From assembly GCA_036275695.1 (NCBI GenBank), contig DASUDI010000033.1, positions 1-52,628 of the forward strand: a DNA stretch of 52,628 nucleotides, written 5' to 3'. Source of the stretch: Minisyncoccota bacterium (GTDB lineage: Bacteria; Patescibacteriota; Minisyncoccia; Phycocordibacterales; UBA918). Below the pieces are notes generated by a model. The model saw only the letters and a list, made by a program, of their open reading frames with translations, was not told the DNA's origin and searched no databases. Positions within the stretch are counted from its first letter, which is position 1. Each line of letters starts with the position of its first letter. This document shows, one piece after another, positions 41,842-50,460 of this stretch. The position numbers were made by a program, and so were the translations under genes.

Positions 41842-42549
41842 ATGCGCGAAAAGAAAAAAAATGGGAAAGTCTTCTGGGACAAAGAATACAGCAATGCGGA
41901 GCATCTAGCACTTTCAATGCGACACAGCGAGGACTTGGAAAAGTTTACGCGTTGGCTTACGCGCGAATCAGGAAAAAGCGTGCTCAATGTGACGAACTCT
42001 GTATTAGACCTTGGGAGTGGCAACGGACGTAATCTAGTCTGGCTTTCTGAAACTTTCGGTATGCGAGGCGTTGGGTACGATCTTTCATCGACCGCAGTCC
42101 GTAATGCTGAAATCTACGCACAGACACATCATCTTCCACTCATCTACGAAGCACGCTCAATCGCGGGGACGTTTTCGATTTCTGATGCGTCACAAACACT
42201 CGTACTTGATATGATGACTTCGCATGTCCTTAATGAGACCGAGCGCACATTTTTCTTTAATGAAGTGCTCCGGGTACTCAAGCCTGGCGGTTACTTCTTC
42301 TATAAAACATTCCTCCTCGATGAAGACATTCACGCAAAACGACTACTCCGTGAGTATGGCACCGATGAAAAAAATACTTACATACATCCAAAAATCGGTA
42401 CCGCTGAACACGTAATCTCCGAGAACGACATTGAAACACTTTTTATGCCACACTTTATAGTCCATAAAATATACAAATCACATCGCCACAAAGGAAAAGA
42501 CGCGAAACGCAGAAGCATTGTCGTGTACGCACAAAAGCCACTCTTTTAA
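41842..42549 (+). CDS. class I SAM-dependent methyltransferase
   Basis: VLDLGSGNGRN (motif I), LKPGGYFFY (post-II). I place the start at the ATG at 41842. Confidence 0.75.
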   Translation: MREKKKNGKVFWDKEYSNAEHLALSMRHSEDLEKFTRWLTRESGKSVLNVTNSVLDLGSGNGRNLVWLSETFGMRGVGYDLSSTAVRNAEIYAQTHHLPLIYEARSIAGTFSISDASQTLVLDMMTSHVLNETERTFFFNEVLRVLKPGGYFFYKTFLLDEDIHAKRLLREYGTDEKNTYIHPKIGTAEHVISENDIETLFMPHFIVHKIYKSHRHKGKDAKRRSIVVYAQKPLF

Positions 42550-42579
42550 CAAGCGCCACTTCACCACAACATCTGAGAC

Positions 42580-45036
42580 TTAGATATGTCCCTCAAAGTC
42601 TTTTTCCGTGAATTGTAATCGTGAACCCCTTGGTAAGTTATCGGCAATAACTTTTTGCGCGATACGTTCTTCGAGAATATCCTGAATCGCTCGGCGCAGT
42701 GGACGTGCGCCATACTCAATGTCAAACCCCCGCTTCACAATAACATTTACGAGTACATCATCGATCACAAGTTCATACCCACGTTCACGCATACGCGTAG
42801 CGAGTTCTCCAAGCATGAGACGAGCAATCTCCTTCTGTGCTTCATAGTCAAGTGTCTCAAAAAGTATAACCGCGTCAAATCGATTGATAAGTTCTGGCTT
42901 ATAGATACCTCGCTCAATAATTGAGTCTATAATGTGGTCACGATGATCCGCAGGGCGCTTTCCACTTTGAATAAGTTCAAATATCAAGTCACTCCCTGCG
43001 TTTGAGGTGGCGATGAATATGCTATTGCGGGCGTTAATCTCAACACCACGAGCATCAGTAAATTTTCCCTCATCGAGAATTTGCAGGAACAAATCGTGCA
43101 CTGATTTTGAAGATTTTTCAAACTCGTCGAGAAGCACGACCGCATAGGGATGCTCGCGTAGCGCTGACGAGAGCGCGCCCGCCTCATCAGGGGAACCTAT
43201 GAGGCGGACGAGCGCATCATGGCCACTAAACTCTGACATGTCGAAGCGAAGCATACGGTCCTCGGCCCCAAAAAAAGTATGCGCGAGTGCTTTTGCGGTT
43301 TCAGTCTTCCCCACGCCCGTAGAGCCAAGAAAGAGAAAAGACGCAATTGGTCGTTCGCTGCTCTGAATGCCTGCTCGTGCTCTACGCATTGCACTCGCAA
43401 TCGCACGTACCGCGTCATGTTGCCCCACAACCCTGTCATGGAGTACATTTTCTAAATTAAGCAATATATCACGCTCACCCTCATCAATGGGACCTGTAGG
43501 TATGCCTGTCTTACTCCGCACCACTTCATCTACAAAGTTTTCAAGAATGAGTTTATGTTCAGACTGTTCAGCGCGTGCCGCGATTTCAGCCATGAGACTC
43601 ACGGCTTTATCGGGCATCACTCCATCAACGATATATCGATCGGCACTTTCCGCAATATGCACAATGGCTGGATAGGTAAAAAACACATGATGGTCATGTT
43701 CGTACCCCCACGTTACGTCTTCGAGTACCCGTACCACACTCAACATATCTGGATGTTCCACCAAAACAGGGCTGAAATATTGTAGTAACTGTTGTTTTGT
43801 TTCCATAGATTGGTGGTAGGTGCCCGGATCGACGGTTGCCACAACTTGTATATGTGGCGCATTGAGAAATCGATCCATAAGTTCAATACCATTTACCCCC
43901 AGAGCGCTCGCGCTTTCTATAAAAGCATTAAATTGTTCAATAACCAGAATGATATTACCCGCCCGCACCGCTTGTGCCATGAGTGTAAGAAACGCAATTT
44001 CAAACTGTTCTTTTGAGTTGTGGGTCGCAATAAACGCATCGGTATCAAATACTATGAGTCGTTTTGCTTCAAGTGACGCAACTGATTTCCCTTCACGCAT
44101 TCGCTTCCCTAGCTCAATGAGTAAATCCATCGTGCCCACACCTGGATCTCCTACCAAGAGCACGTTCGCTGACTTACTGCGCGCAAGCACTGCCTCAATT
44201 TTCGCAATAACCTCATTTGCGTAAGCAGAATCATTTATAAATAATGAAAGCGCTGACGTAGTATTGATATCTCGCATATACTTACGCAACTCATACGCAA
44301 CCCCAAACGAAAACTCTCTTCCGACACCTCGTATCTTTCCAAGATTATCTCTACTCCACCAGCGAATATGGTTCTTGTGGAGGAGGCGAACGCGTGATAC
44401 CCATTCGCTTGCTCCAAGAAAAATATCCTCTGTGACACCATGTGAAAAAAGAAATTGTGAGAATGCGGTATCGCGCTCATACAGGAATGATCCGATATCA
44501 TGAAGTGAGAGAAACGTATGCTCGGGAATTATTACCTCATTTTCCGATACCTTATCTCGTGGTGTTTTAAGAAACGCATCAATGGTTGAGGGGGCAATAC
44601 CGAGGCGAAACAAAGTCTCTCTCCCATAGGGCGACATCAGAAATCCAAATGCCAAATCACCTTTTGCTTCGTAACATGCCTGCGCCGCTTCCATAGTAAT
44701 TCCAGAAACATCACTATACGTCTCGGTAAGTATTGTTTGCAACCCCCTAAAATACAACGTGTTATAAAAGAGATTAGATATAAAGAGCACACTCCACGGC
44801 CCCATAAGTATAAGAAATAGCGCGGTAAAAAAACGTGCCTCCGTGAGGACGACCTGTGTGACAAGCACTTCTGCGTGTAGAGACGCCATAAACGCATACC
44901 CCATGAGTACACACAAAAGTACTAATTCAATTCCTCCAATAACCCGTAATAAAATACGACGCTTCTTTCGCGAAATAAACGCATCAAACGCAATGGCGGG
45001 GGCATAGGCGCGAATTTCAGATTGAATGGTACTCAT
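42580..45036 (-). CDS. membrane-anchored Clp/Hsp100-family AAA+ ATPase with a degenerate first nucleotide-binding domain
   Basis: Two N-terminal TM helices, then a Clp_N-like segment. D1 has GDPGVGTM (nt 44128-44151) instead of GxPGVGKT, and ILVIEQF instead of hhhhDE. D2 is intact: GSTGVGKTETAKALA, VVLLDEFEKS, KPELINRFD. The start ATG at 45036 overlaps the upstream stop (ATGA). Confidence 0.85.
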   Translation of the reverse strand: MSTIQSEIRAYAPAIAFDAFISRKKRRILLRVIGGIELVLLCVLMGYAFMASLHAEVLVTQVVLTEARFFTALFLILMGPWSVLFISNLFYNTLYFRGLQTILTETYSDVSGITMEAAQACYEAKGDLAFGFLMSPYGRETLFRLGIAPSTIDAFLKTPRDKVSENEVIIPEHTFLSLHDIGSFLYERDTAFSQFLFSHGVTEDIFLGASEWVSRVRLLHKNHIRWWSRDNLGKIRGVGREFSFGVAYELRKYMRDINTTSALSLFINDSAYANEVIAKIEAVLARSKSANVLLVGDPGVGTMDLLIELGKRMREGKSVASLEAKRLIVFDTDAFIATHNSKEQFEIAFLTLMAQAVRAGNIILVIEQFNAFIESASALGVNGIELMDRFLNAPHIQVVATVDPGTYHQSMETKQQLLQYFSPVLVEHPDMLSVVRVLEDVTWGYEHDHHVFFTYPAIVHIAESADRYIVDGVMPDKAVSLMAEIAARAEQSEHKLILENFVDEVVRSKTGIPTGPIDEGERDILLNLENVLHDRVVGQHDAVRAIASAMRRARAGIQSSERPIASFLFLGSTGVGKTETAKALAHTFFGAEDRMLRFDMSEFSGHDALVRLIGSPDEAGALSSALREHPYAVVLLDEFEKSSKSVHDLFLQILDEGKFTDARGVEINARNSIFIATSNAGSDLIFELIQSGKRPADHRDHIIDSIIERGIYKPELINRFDAVILFETLDYEAQKEIARLMLGELATRMRERGYELVIDDVLVNVIVKRGFDIEYGARPLRRAIQDILEERIAQKVIADNLPRGSRLQFTEKDFEGHI

Positions 45037-45422
45037 AAAAATAAAAGTGCTACTCCATACACAACACTCACGAGCGCGAGTACAGGCATGCATACCCACA
45101 CGACAAGAAATACCAATAAACTAAGACATCCGACCACGAGAAATACCAAACCTGCGGATATAAAAAAGATACGCACCAATGCTCCAAAAACACGAGATAG
45201 CATATTCATCAAGAATGTCTCAAGAATATCCTCAAAACCTGTACGGTGATACTCGTCAGTCATACGCTTCCAGGGAGCAAAGAGTGTGCGCATGAGTAAC
45301 GGAATTGAGAAAAAATGGATTGCAAACCACATAAGATTACCCCACACATTGAGCATGTCTCGAAACGCGCGTGTGTAGTACCACGCCATAAAATCAAGAG
45401 TAAAAAAATATGGCAATCTCAT
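45033..45422 (-). CDS. hypothetical membrane protein translationally coupled to the Clp-like ATPase
   Basis: 129 aa with about 3 TM helices. ATGA overlap with the downstream gene. Confidence 0.6.
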   Translation of the reverse strand: MRLPYFFTLDFMAWYYTRAFRDMLNVWGNLMWFAIHFFSIPLLMRTLFAPWKRMTDEYHRTGFEDILETFLMNMLSRVFGALVRIFFISAGLVFLVVGCLSLLVFLVVWVCMPVLALVSVVYGVALLFL

Positions 45423-45475
45423 ATTTTATAGTATACGCCATGGAGATGAGCATTGTGGGGCGCTATAAACAGATA

Positions 45476-45504
45476 CGCGAAAAATCGCAAAGCGATTTTT
45501 CGCG
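45476..45504 (-). terminator. hairpin terminator
   Basis: 13-bp stem cgcgaaaaatcgc / gcgatttttcgcg with loop aaa. Confidence 0.6.
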
Positions 45505-45512
45505 CAACCTCG

Positions 45513-45737
45513 TCAAAAAGTCTCCTCTTCTTCCCTTATAACGCACAATGCTAAATCAATAATACGTATCTCATCGTCATCAAGTCGTCCAGAGCGCATG
45601 GAGTCTAAAACGCGCCCCACCTCATCGCGATGGTATCCCTTATCAACAATCTCTTGTGCCTTCTTGAGTAATTGATTATCTTCAGGCGTACTTTTACGTA
45701 ATGTTTTTTCAAAAAGTGCCACGAAAGGATGTGCCAT
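45513..45737 (-). CDS. small hypothetical cytoplasmic protein
   Basis: I place the start at the ATG at 45737 (MAHPFVALFEK...). The longer track ORF would run into the terminator hairpin at 45770-45805. Confidence 0.5.
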   Translation of the reverse strand: MAHPFVALFEKTLRKSTPEDNQLLKKAQEIVDKGYHRDEVGRVLDSMRSGRLDDDEIRIIDLALCVIREEEETF

Positions 45738-45769
45738 AATGTTTGCATAGTACAGGAAAAATAAAAATA

Positions 45770-45805
45770 AAAAAGCCACGACACCTTCGGTGTCGTGGCT
45801 TTTTT
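45770..45805 (-). terminator. Rho-independent terminator
   Basis: 16-bp stem aaaaagccacgacacc / ggtgtcgtggcttttt with loop ttcg. Confidence 0.75.
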
Positions 45806-45815
45806 ATAAACTATC

Positions 45816-46079
45816 CTAGAAAAATCCTCGATGCATCATGCCACCATACATCAGTGGTGCCATGAGCAATGAGAGTAATGGTGCAATAAAAAGCACAAAG
45901 AGTGTGAACGCGCACGCGAGACCAACACCAAGCCCAAACCCAAACTTTATACCCGTTGAGACATCAAGGTTTTTGTGGTGATGGGTTCCATTGCATGATT
46001 CGCGACCACACGTGACACATGCGCTCTTCTTAGTTTGAGTTACCGCAACGTGTTCATCCATCTTTTTTTCAGTGTCCAT
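45816..46079 (-). CDS. small membrane protein with Cys/His-rich N-terminus
   Basis: 87 aa: CVTCGRESCNGTHHHKN, then a Gly-rich TM and a Met-rich tail (MAPLMYGGMMHRGFF). Confidence 0.5.
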   Translation of the reverse strand: MDTEKKMDEHVAVTQTKKSACVTCGRESCNGTHHHKNLDVSTGIKFGFGLGVGLACAFTLFVLFIAPLLSLLMAPLMYGGMMHRGFF

Positions 46080-46172
46080 AATGATGATATATACTATATT
46101 ACCAATAAGTCCTCATAGTATACACTGCGATGCGTAATTTCACATGCCCTGCTCGTGCACAACAACCTGACT

Positions 46173-46200
46173 TTGACTATTTTCATAAATATGTTATTAT
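46173..46200 (+). promoter_or_regulatory. sigma70-like promoter for the DEAD-box helicase
   Basis: TTGACT (46173-46178), 16-nt spacer, TATTAT (46195-46200). This leaves a leader of roughly 110 nt. Confidence 0.4.
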
Positions 46201-46315
46201 ATCAACAAGCTTTTGATTCTCGTGTGGGGCTCGTAAGCTGCAGATACCCATCTGATTTTAATACCTGCACAAGCCCCGTAGCACTCGCTACACCCAAACC
46301 TTACATAACACAATA

Positions 46316-47650
46316 ATGCAAACATCAGAAAACCGAACAAATCGGCGTAGTCGTTCTTTTAATGGACGAAACTCACGCCCACGTACTCAATCAACAAGTG
46401 GTCTCGCAACTACTCGTGTTGAGTACCGAACACACCGCAAGGAAGCATCTGCCACGCAACATGCCCGCCCTAAACACCGCCATGGTGGCGTTTCGCAATC
46501 ACGTAATACACGCGGACAACATCGTTCATCGCGCGGAAGGGTCCTTCCTACATTTGACCCATCACGCTTTATCAACAAAAACCCCACAAGTGTAGCGCAA
46601 GAAACCTATAAGCACATTCACACGTTCAGTGACTTTGGGCTTGATAGAGGTATTGTGCGCACCCTTTCGACTCTTGGTATTACCGCGCCATCTCCTATTC
46701 AAGACATGGTTATACCTGAAATACTCAAAGGGCATGACGTGGTGGGACTTGCTGAAACGGGCACAGGAAAAACTGCGGCATTTTTACTTCCACTCATTCA
46801 TAAAACACTCAAAGAATATAATCGACAGACGCTCATTCTCGCTCCAACGCGTGAACTTGCAATTCAGGTGGATGCGGAACTTAAACGATTAAGTAAAGGT
46901 TTCAAACTTTTTTCAGTGGTATGTGTTGGCGGTGCAAATATCCGCCCACAAATACAGATGCTTCGAAAGCGCAATCATTTCATTATTGGTACGCCAGGTC
47001 GCGTGCAAGACCTTATGGACCGTGGCAATCTCGACACCAGTCGTGTTACCACTGTCGTACTCGATGAAGCAGATCGCATGCTCGACATGGGATTCATTGT
47101 CCCTATACGTCAAATATTAAGCACTACGCCAGCTGACCGCGAGACATTGTTTTTCTCAGCAACAATGGACACGCGTACGCAAGGACTTGTGCATGACTTT
47201 TTGCGTGACCCCGTCACCATATCCGTAAAAAAGAAGGACGTGACTGACAGCATAAAGCAAGATGTAGTCCCCTACGACCAACACCGAAAATTTGAGACAC
47301 TGCTGTTACTTCTCCAGAATCCAAATTTTCAGCGCATTATCATCTTTGGAGCGATGAAACATAGCGTTGAAAAACTTACTGAAGAATTGCGCGCGCACGG
47401 TATTAAGGCAGAATCGATACACGGAAACAAGAGTCATGGACAACGACAGCAAGCCCTCCGTGTGTTTAAAAGCGGTAACGCACGTGTACTCGTTGCGACT
47501 GATGTCGCGGCTCGCGGTATCCACGTTGATGACGTGAGTCATGTCATCAATTACGACCTTCCTGCGACATTTGAGGACTACGTACACCGTATTGGACGTA
47601 CCGGTCGCGGTAGTAAACGTGGCGAAGCGCTGACGTTCGTACCACAATAA
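46316..47650 (+). CDS. DEAD-box ATP-dependent RNA helicase with ~100-aa basic low-complexity N-terminal extension
   Basis: Q motif (FSDFGL...PSPIQ), AETGTGKTAAF, PTRELA, VLDEADRMLDMGF, SAT, ATDVAARGIH, HRIGRTGRG. Confidence 0.92.
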   Translation: MQTSENRTNRRSRSFNGRNSRPRTQSTSGLATTRVEYRTHRKEASATQHARPKHRHGGVSQSRNTRGQHRSSRGRVLPTFDPSRFINKNPTSVAQETYKHIHTFSDFGLDRGIVRTLSTLGITAPSPIQDMVIPEILKGHDVVGLAETGTGKTAAFLLPLIHKTLKEYNRQTLILAPTRELAIQVDAELKRLSKGFKLFSVVCVGGANIRPQIQMLRKRNHFIIGTPGRVQDLMDRGNLDTSRVTTVVLDEADRMLDMGFIVPIRQILSTTPADRETLFFSATMDTRTQGLVHDFLRDPVTISVKKKDVTDSIKQDVVPYDQHRKFETLLLLLQNPNFQRIIIFGAMKHSVEKLTEELRAHGIKAESIHGNKSHGQRQQALRVFKSGNARVLVATDVAARGIHVDDVSHVINYDLPATFEDYVHRIGRTGRGSKRGEALTFVPQ

Positions 47651-47665
47651 TATATGACACCAAAT

Positions 47666-47693
47666 AAAAGCCGACATGTGTATGTCGGCTTTT
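47666..47693. terminator. bidirectional terminator between convergent genes
   Basis: Stem aaaagccgacat / atgtcggctttt with loop gtgt. Confidence 0.75.
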
Positions 47694-47703
47694 ATGTATG
47701 CAT

Positions 47704-47931
47704 CTAAATCTTTTCTATTTCCTTTAAGTCGTTATCAGGAACATACAGCATCAGCATTCCGACAATAATACCGCCTAAACCAGTCCACCCTCCATAACCA
47801 CCAAAAAAATGTGCGTCAACTGCGTCGAGTACGTACCACACTCCCCGCCATACAAGCACAATACCCACCACAATGAAAAGACGGCTTAAAAAATAATGTG
47901 GATGCTTGTGTTTCTTTTTATCAGGTAACAT
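47704..47931 (-). CDS. 75-aa hypothetical two-TM membrane protein
   Basis: LFIVVGIVLVWRGVWYVLD and GLGGIIVGMLMLYV helices. Confidence 0.5.
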   Translation of the reverse strand: MLPDKKKHKHPHYFLSRLFIVVGIVLVWRGVWYVLDAVDAHFFGGYGGWTGLGGIIVGMLMLYVPDNDLKEIEKI

Positions 47932-47945
47932 ATGTGTACAGTATA

Positions 47946-48386
47946 CTACATACCATCATCAGTATCACACATGTGTGTGAGTGCGCGCATGCCTTCACGA
48001 ATATGATTTGTACGCTCATCAAGCTCAATCATAACCTGCTCCTCCAACGTCATGAGCGTATCGATATACTCGTCCATCAAAAGTCGTAACTCCACTCCAT
48101 CATCATCTGTATGCCTTTCGAGCATACGATAACACGCTTGAAGTTCACGATACGAACGTTCTATTTTATCAAAGGGCACCTGATACTGGTCCCTGAAAGC
48201 ATCACACGAATCCATAAGTTCTTCCCACTTTCCTCCATAGGGACCAAGAAGCGCGAGTGAGTCAGCGCCCATACACGACTTGTGATAATCGAGACGTTCA
48301 AATCGAAAACGTATCTTTCTAATACCCGCAGCCACCGAAGTGATACGCTGTTCAAAATATGGAAGTGTGTATATTTCCATGTTCAT
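47946..48386 (-). CDS. hypothetical helical cytoplasmic protein
   Basis: 146-aa acidic protein. No family recognised. Confidence 0.5.
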   Translation of the reverse strand: MNMEIYTLPYFEQRITSVAAGIRKIRFRFERLDYHKSCMGADSLALLGPYGGKWEELMDSCDAFRDQYQVPFDKIERSYRELQACYRMLERHTDDDGVELRLLMDEYIDTLMTLEEQVMIELDERTNHIREGMRALTHMCDTDDGM

Positions 48387-48500
48387 ACTATATAGCGTAC
48401 CCCCTCTCTACATCGCTGTACACCCTCCACAGTGTATAGCGATTTCGCGACACGGTGCACAGACGTTCAAAAATAACTTGTTGCGTATCGTATGCATCGG

Positions 48501-49736
48501 CTACTCGTACCGTAGTGCCTCGATAGGACTTTTCTTTGAGGCCTTTGATGCTGGGTACATACCAAAAACAAGACCGACAATAACCGAGACCCCCACGCCC
48601 AGCACCGTGCCAAATATCGGAAAGACAAAAACCCAATCTTCCGCAATAGTACGCGCGAGCACCGATGCTGCAATAAAAGAGACTAGGGCGCCTAATATCA
48701 CACCCACAACACCCCCCATACCGGTGAGTATCATAGCCTCTACAAGAAACTGCGATAATATGTCCTTATTCCTTGCACCCACCGCTTTCCTAAGACCGAT
48801 TTCCTTGGTTCGTTCTGAAACAGAGACAAGCATGATATTCATAATACCAATACCTCCCACGACAAGTGATATAGCCACTACCGCGACTAGAAATGCGGTA
48901 AACACGTTCACAATTTGATTGATACGCTCCATGACACTTTCCTGTGTCTGTACATTAAAATCACTTGTTTCGTCAAAAGCAATTTGATGTTGGTCGCGAA
49001 GTGTCTGCGTAACATCGTATACCACCTTCTCGACATTTTGTACTGAATCCGCGCGCACAATTACTTCGTTATAGTAATTGGTACCTGTGATATATGTTTG
49101 CGCGGTAGTGTCAGGAATGAACGCAATTTGACCGATCTCAAATGGACCCACTGCAGAAGTTTCTTCAAAAACACCGACCACCCGAAACTGCTGCCCTTTT
49201 ATTTGAACATACTTCCCGACTGCGGATTCATTCCCAAAAATATCAAACTTAATTTCATTACCAAGTACAATACTTCGAGATTTTTGTTCTCTATCTTCCA
49301 CTGTATAGAGCTCACCTTCTGCCATGCCAATATTGAGCACCTGGGCAAAAAAAGCAGCGTCTCCGCCCATGATTGTGGCACGGTATGCCTCACCTCGATA
49401 CTTAATGGGATCGGTAACGATGAGAGATGGTGATACTGAGACTATATTTGGTACATTCTCTTTTCGTTTTAGTGCTTCAACATCATCTTTGGTGAGTGAT
49501 TGCGCATAAAGAGTTGCCGTAATATCAGCATTATCTTCCCCTGGACGAATGGTAATTGTTTCCGCGCCAAGGCCACTCACCTGATCAAGAATGAGTCGCT
49601 GGGCCCCCTCACCAAGCGCCATAATAATAACAATTGACGCCACACCAATAACGATACCGAGAATTGTAAGCGCGGAGCGCACTTTTTGCGCTTTGAGTCC
49701 ACCGAGTGCTGTTTTGAGAACATATCTAAATCTCAT
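48501..49736 (-). CDS. MacB/FtsX-family ABC transporter permease
   Basis: N-terminal TM, a large MacB_PCD-like periplasmic domain, and a C-terminal FtsX 3-TM bundle (ERTKEIGLRKAVGA...). Confidence 0.9.
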   Translation of the reverse strand: MRFRYVLKTALGGLKAQKVRSALTILGIVIGVASIVIIMALGEGAQRLILDQVSGLGAETITIRPGEDNADITATLYAQSLTKDDVEALKRKENVPNIVSVSPSLIVTDPIKYRGEAYRATIMGGDAAFFAQVLNIGMAEGELYTVEDREQKSRSIVLGNEIKFDIFGNESAVGKYVQIKGQQFRVVGVFEETSAVGPFEIGQIAFIPDTTAQTYITGTNYYNEVIVRADSVQNVEKVVYDVTQTLRDQHQIAFDETSDFNVQTQESVMERINQIVNVFTAFLVAVVAISLVVGGIGIMNIMLVSVSERTKEIGLRKAVGARNKDILSQFLVEAMILTGMGGVVGVILGALVSFIAASVLARTIAEDWVFVFPIFGTVLGVGVSVIVGLVFGMYPASKASKKSPIEALRYE

Positions 49737-49738
49737 GT

Positions 49739-50458
49739 CTATTTTTTGAAATACTCTGACGCGTTTCTCCTCTGCACTATGGGTGCGTCACTCACCACCA
49801 ACCCATCACTAACACGTATCATTCTATCCGCATGCTCCGCGGTGAACGTCTCATGCGTAACCAATATAACGGTATGACCAAGTTCATCATGAAGTCTTTG
49901 TAGTGTTGCCATCACCGCCTGCCCTGACTTTGAATCAAGGTTCCCTGTTGGCTCATCGGCAAATATAACCTGAGGATTGTTTACGAGCGCGCGTGCGATT
50001 GCGGTGCGCTGTTTTTCGCCACCCGAAAGTTTGCTCGTCTCAAAGTCAAGTCTATGTGTCATACCTACAATTTCTACCACTTCTTCAATGCGCCTCCTCC
50101 ACTCAGATTCTAGGACGTTTGAGTACATAAGCGGAAGCTCAATATTCTCATACACTGTCTGACGCGAGAGCAAATTAAAAGACTGAAACACAAAACCTAT
50201 TTCGGTATTTCTTATGTGCGCGACCTCGGTATCATTCATTGAAGAGAAACTCACTCCATTAAAAAGAAATGTGCCACTGGTAAAGTCGAGGAGTGAGCTA
50301 AGAATGTGAAGTAGTGTTGATTTTCCAGATCCTGACGGACCCATAATAGAAATAAATTCACCTTTTTCGATGGTAAAAGTAACGCCTTTGAGTACCTGTG
50401 TCTCTACGTCACCCTCAATAAATGTTTTTTTTAGGTCCTTAACATAAAACAAACTCAT
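49739..50458 (-). CDS. ABC transporter ATP-binding protein (MacB/LolD type)
   Basis: GPSGSGKST, LSGGEKQRTAIARAL, IFADEPTGNLD, LVTHE. Confidence 0.95.
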   Translation of the reverse strand: MSLFYVKDLKKTFIEGDVETQVLKGVTFTIEKGEFISIMGPSGSGKSTLLHILSSLLDFTSGTFLFNGVSFSSMNDTEVAHIRNTEIGFVFQSFNLLSRQTVYENIELPLMYSNVLESEWRRRIEEVVEIVGMTHRLDFETSKLSGGEKQRTAIARALVNNPQVIFADEPTGNLDSKSGQAVMATLQRLHDELGHTVILVTHETFTAEHADRMIRVSDGLVVSDAPIVQRRNASEYFKK

Positions 50459-50460
50459 AC

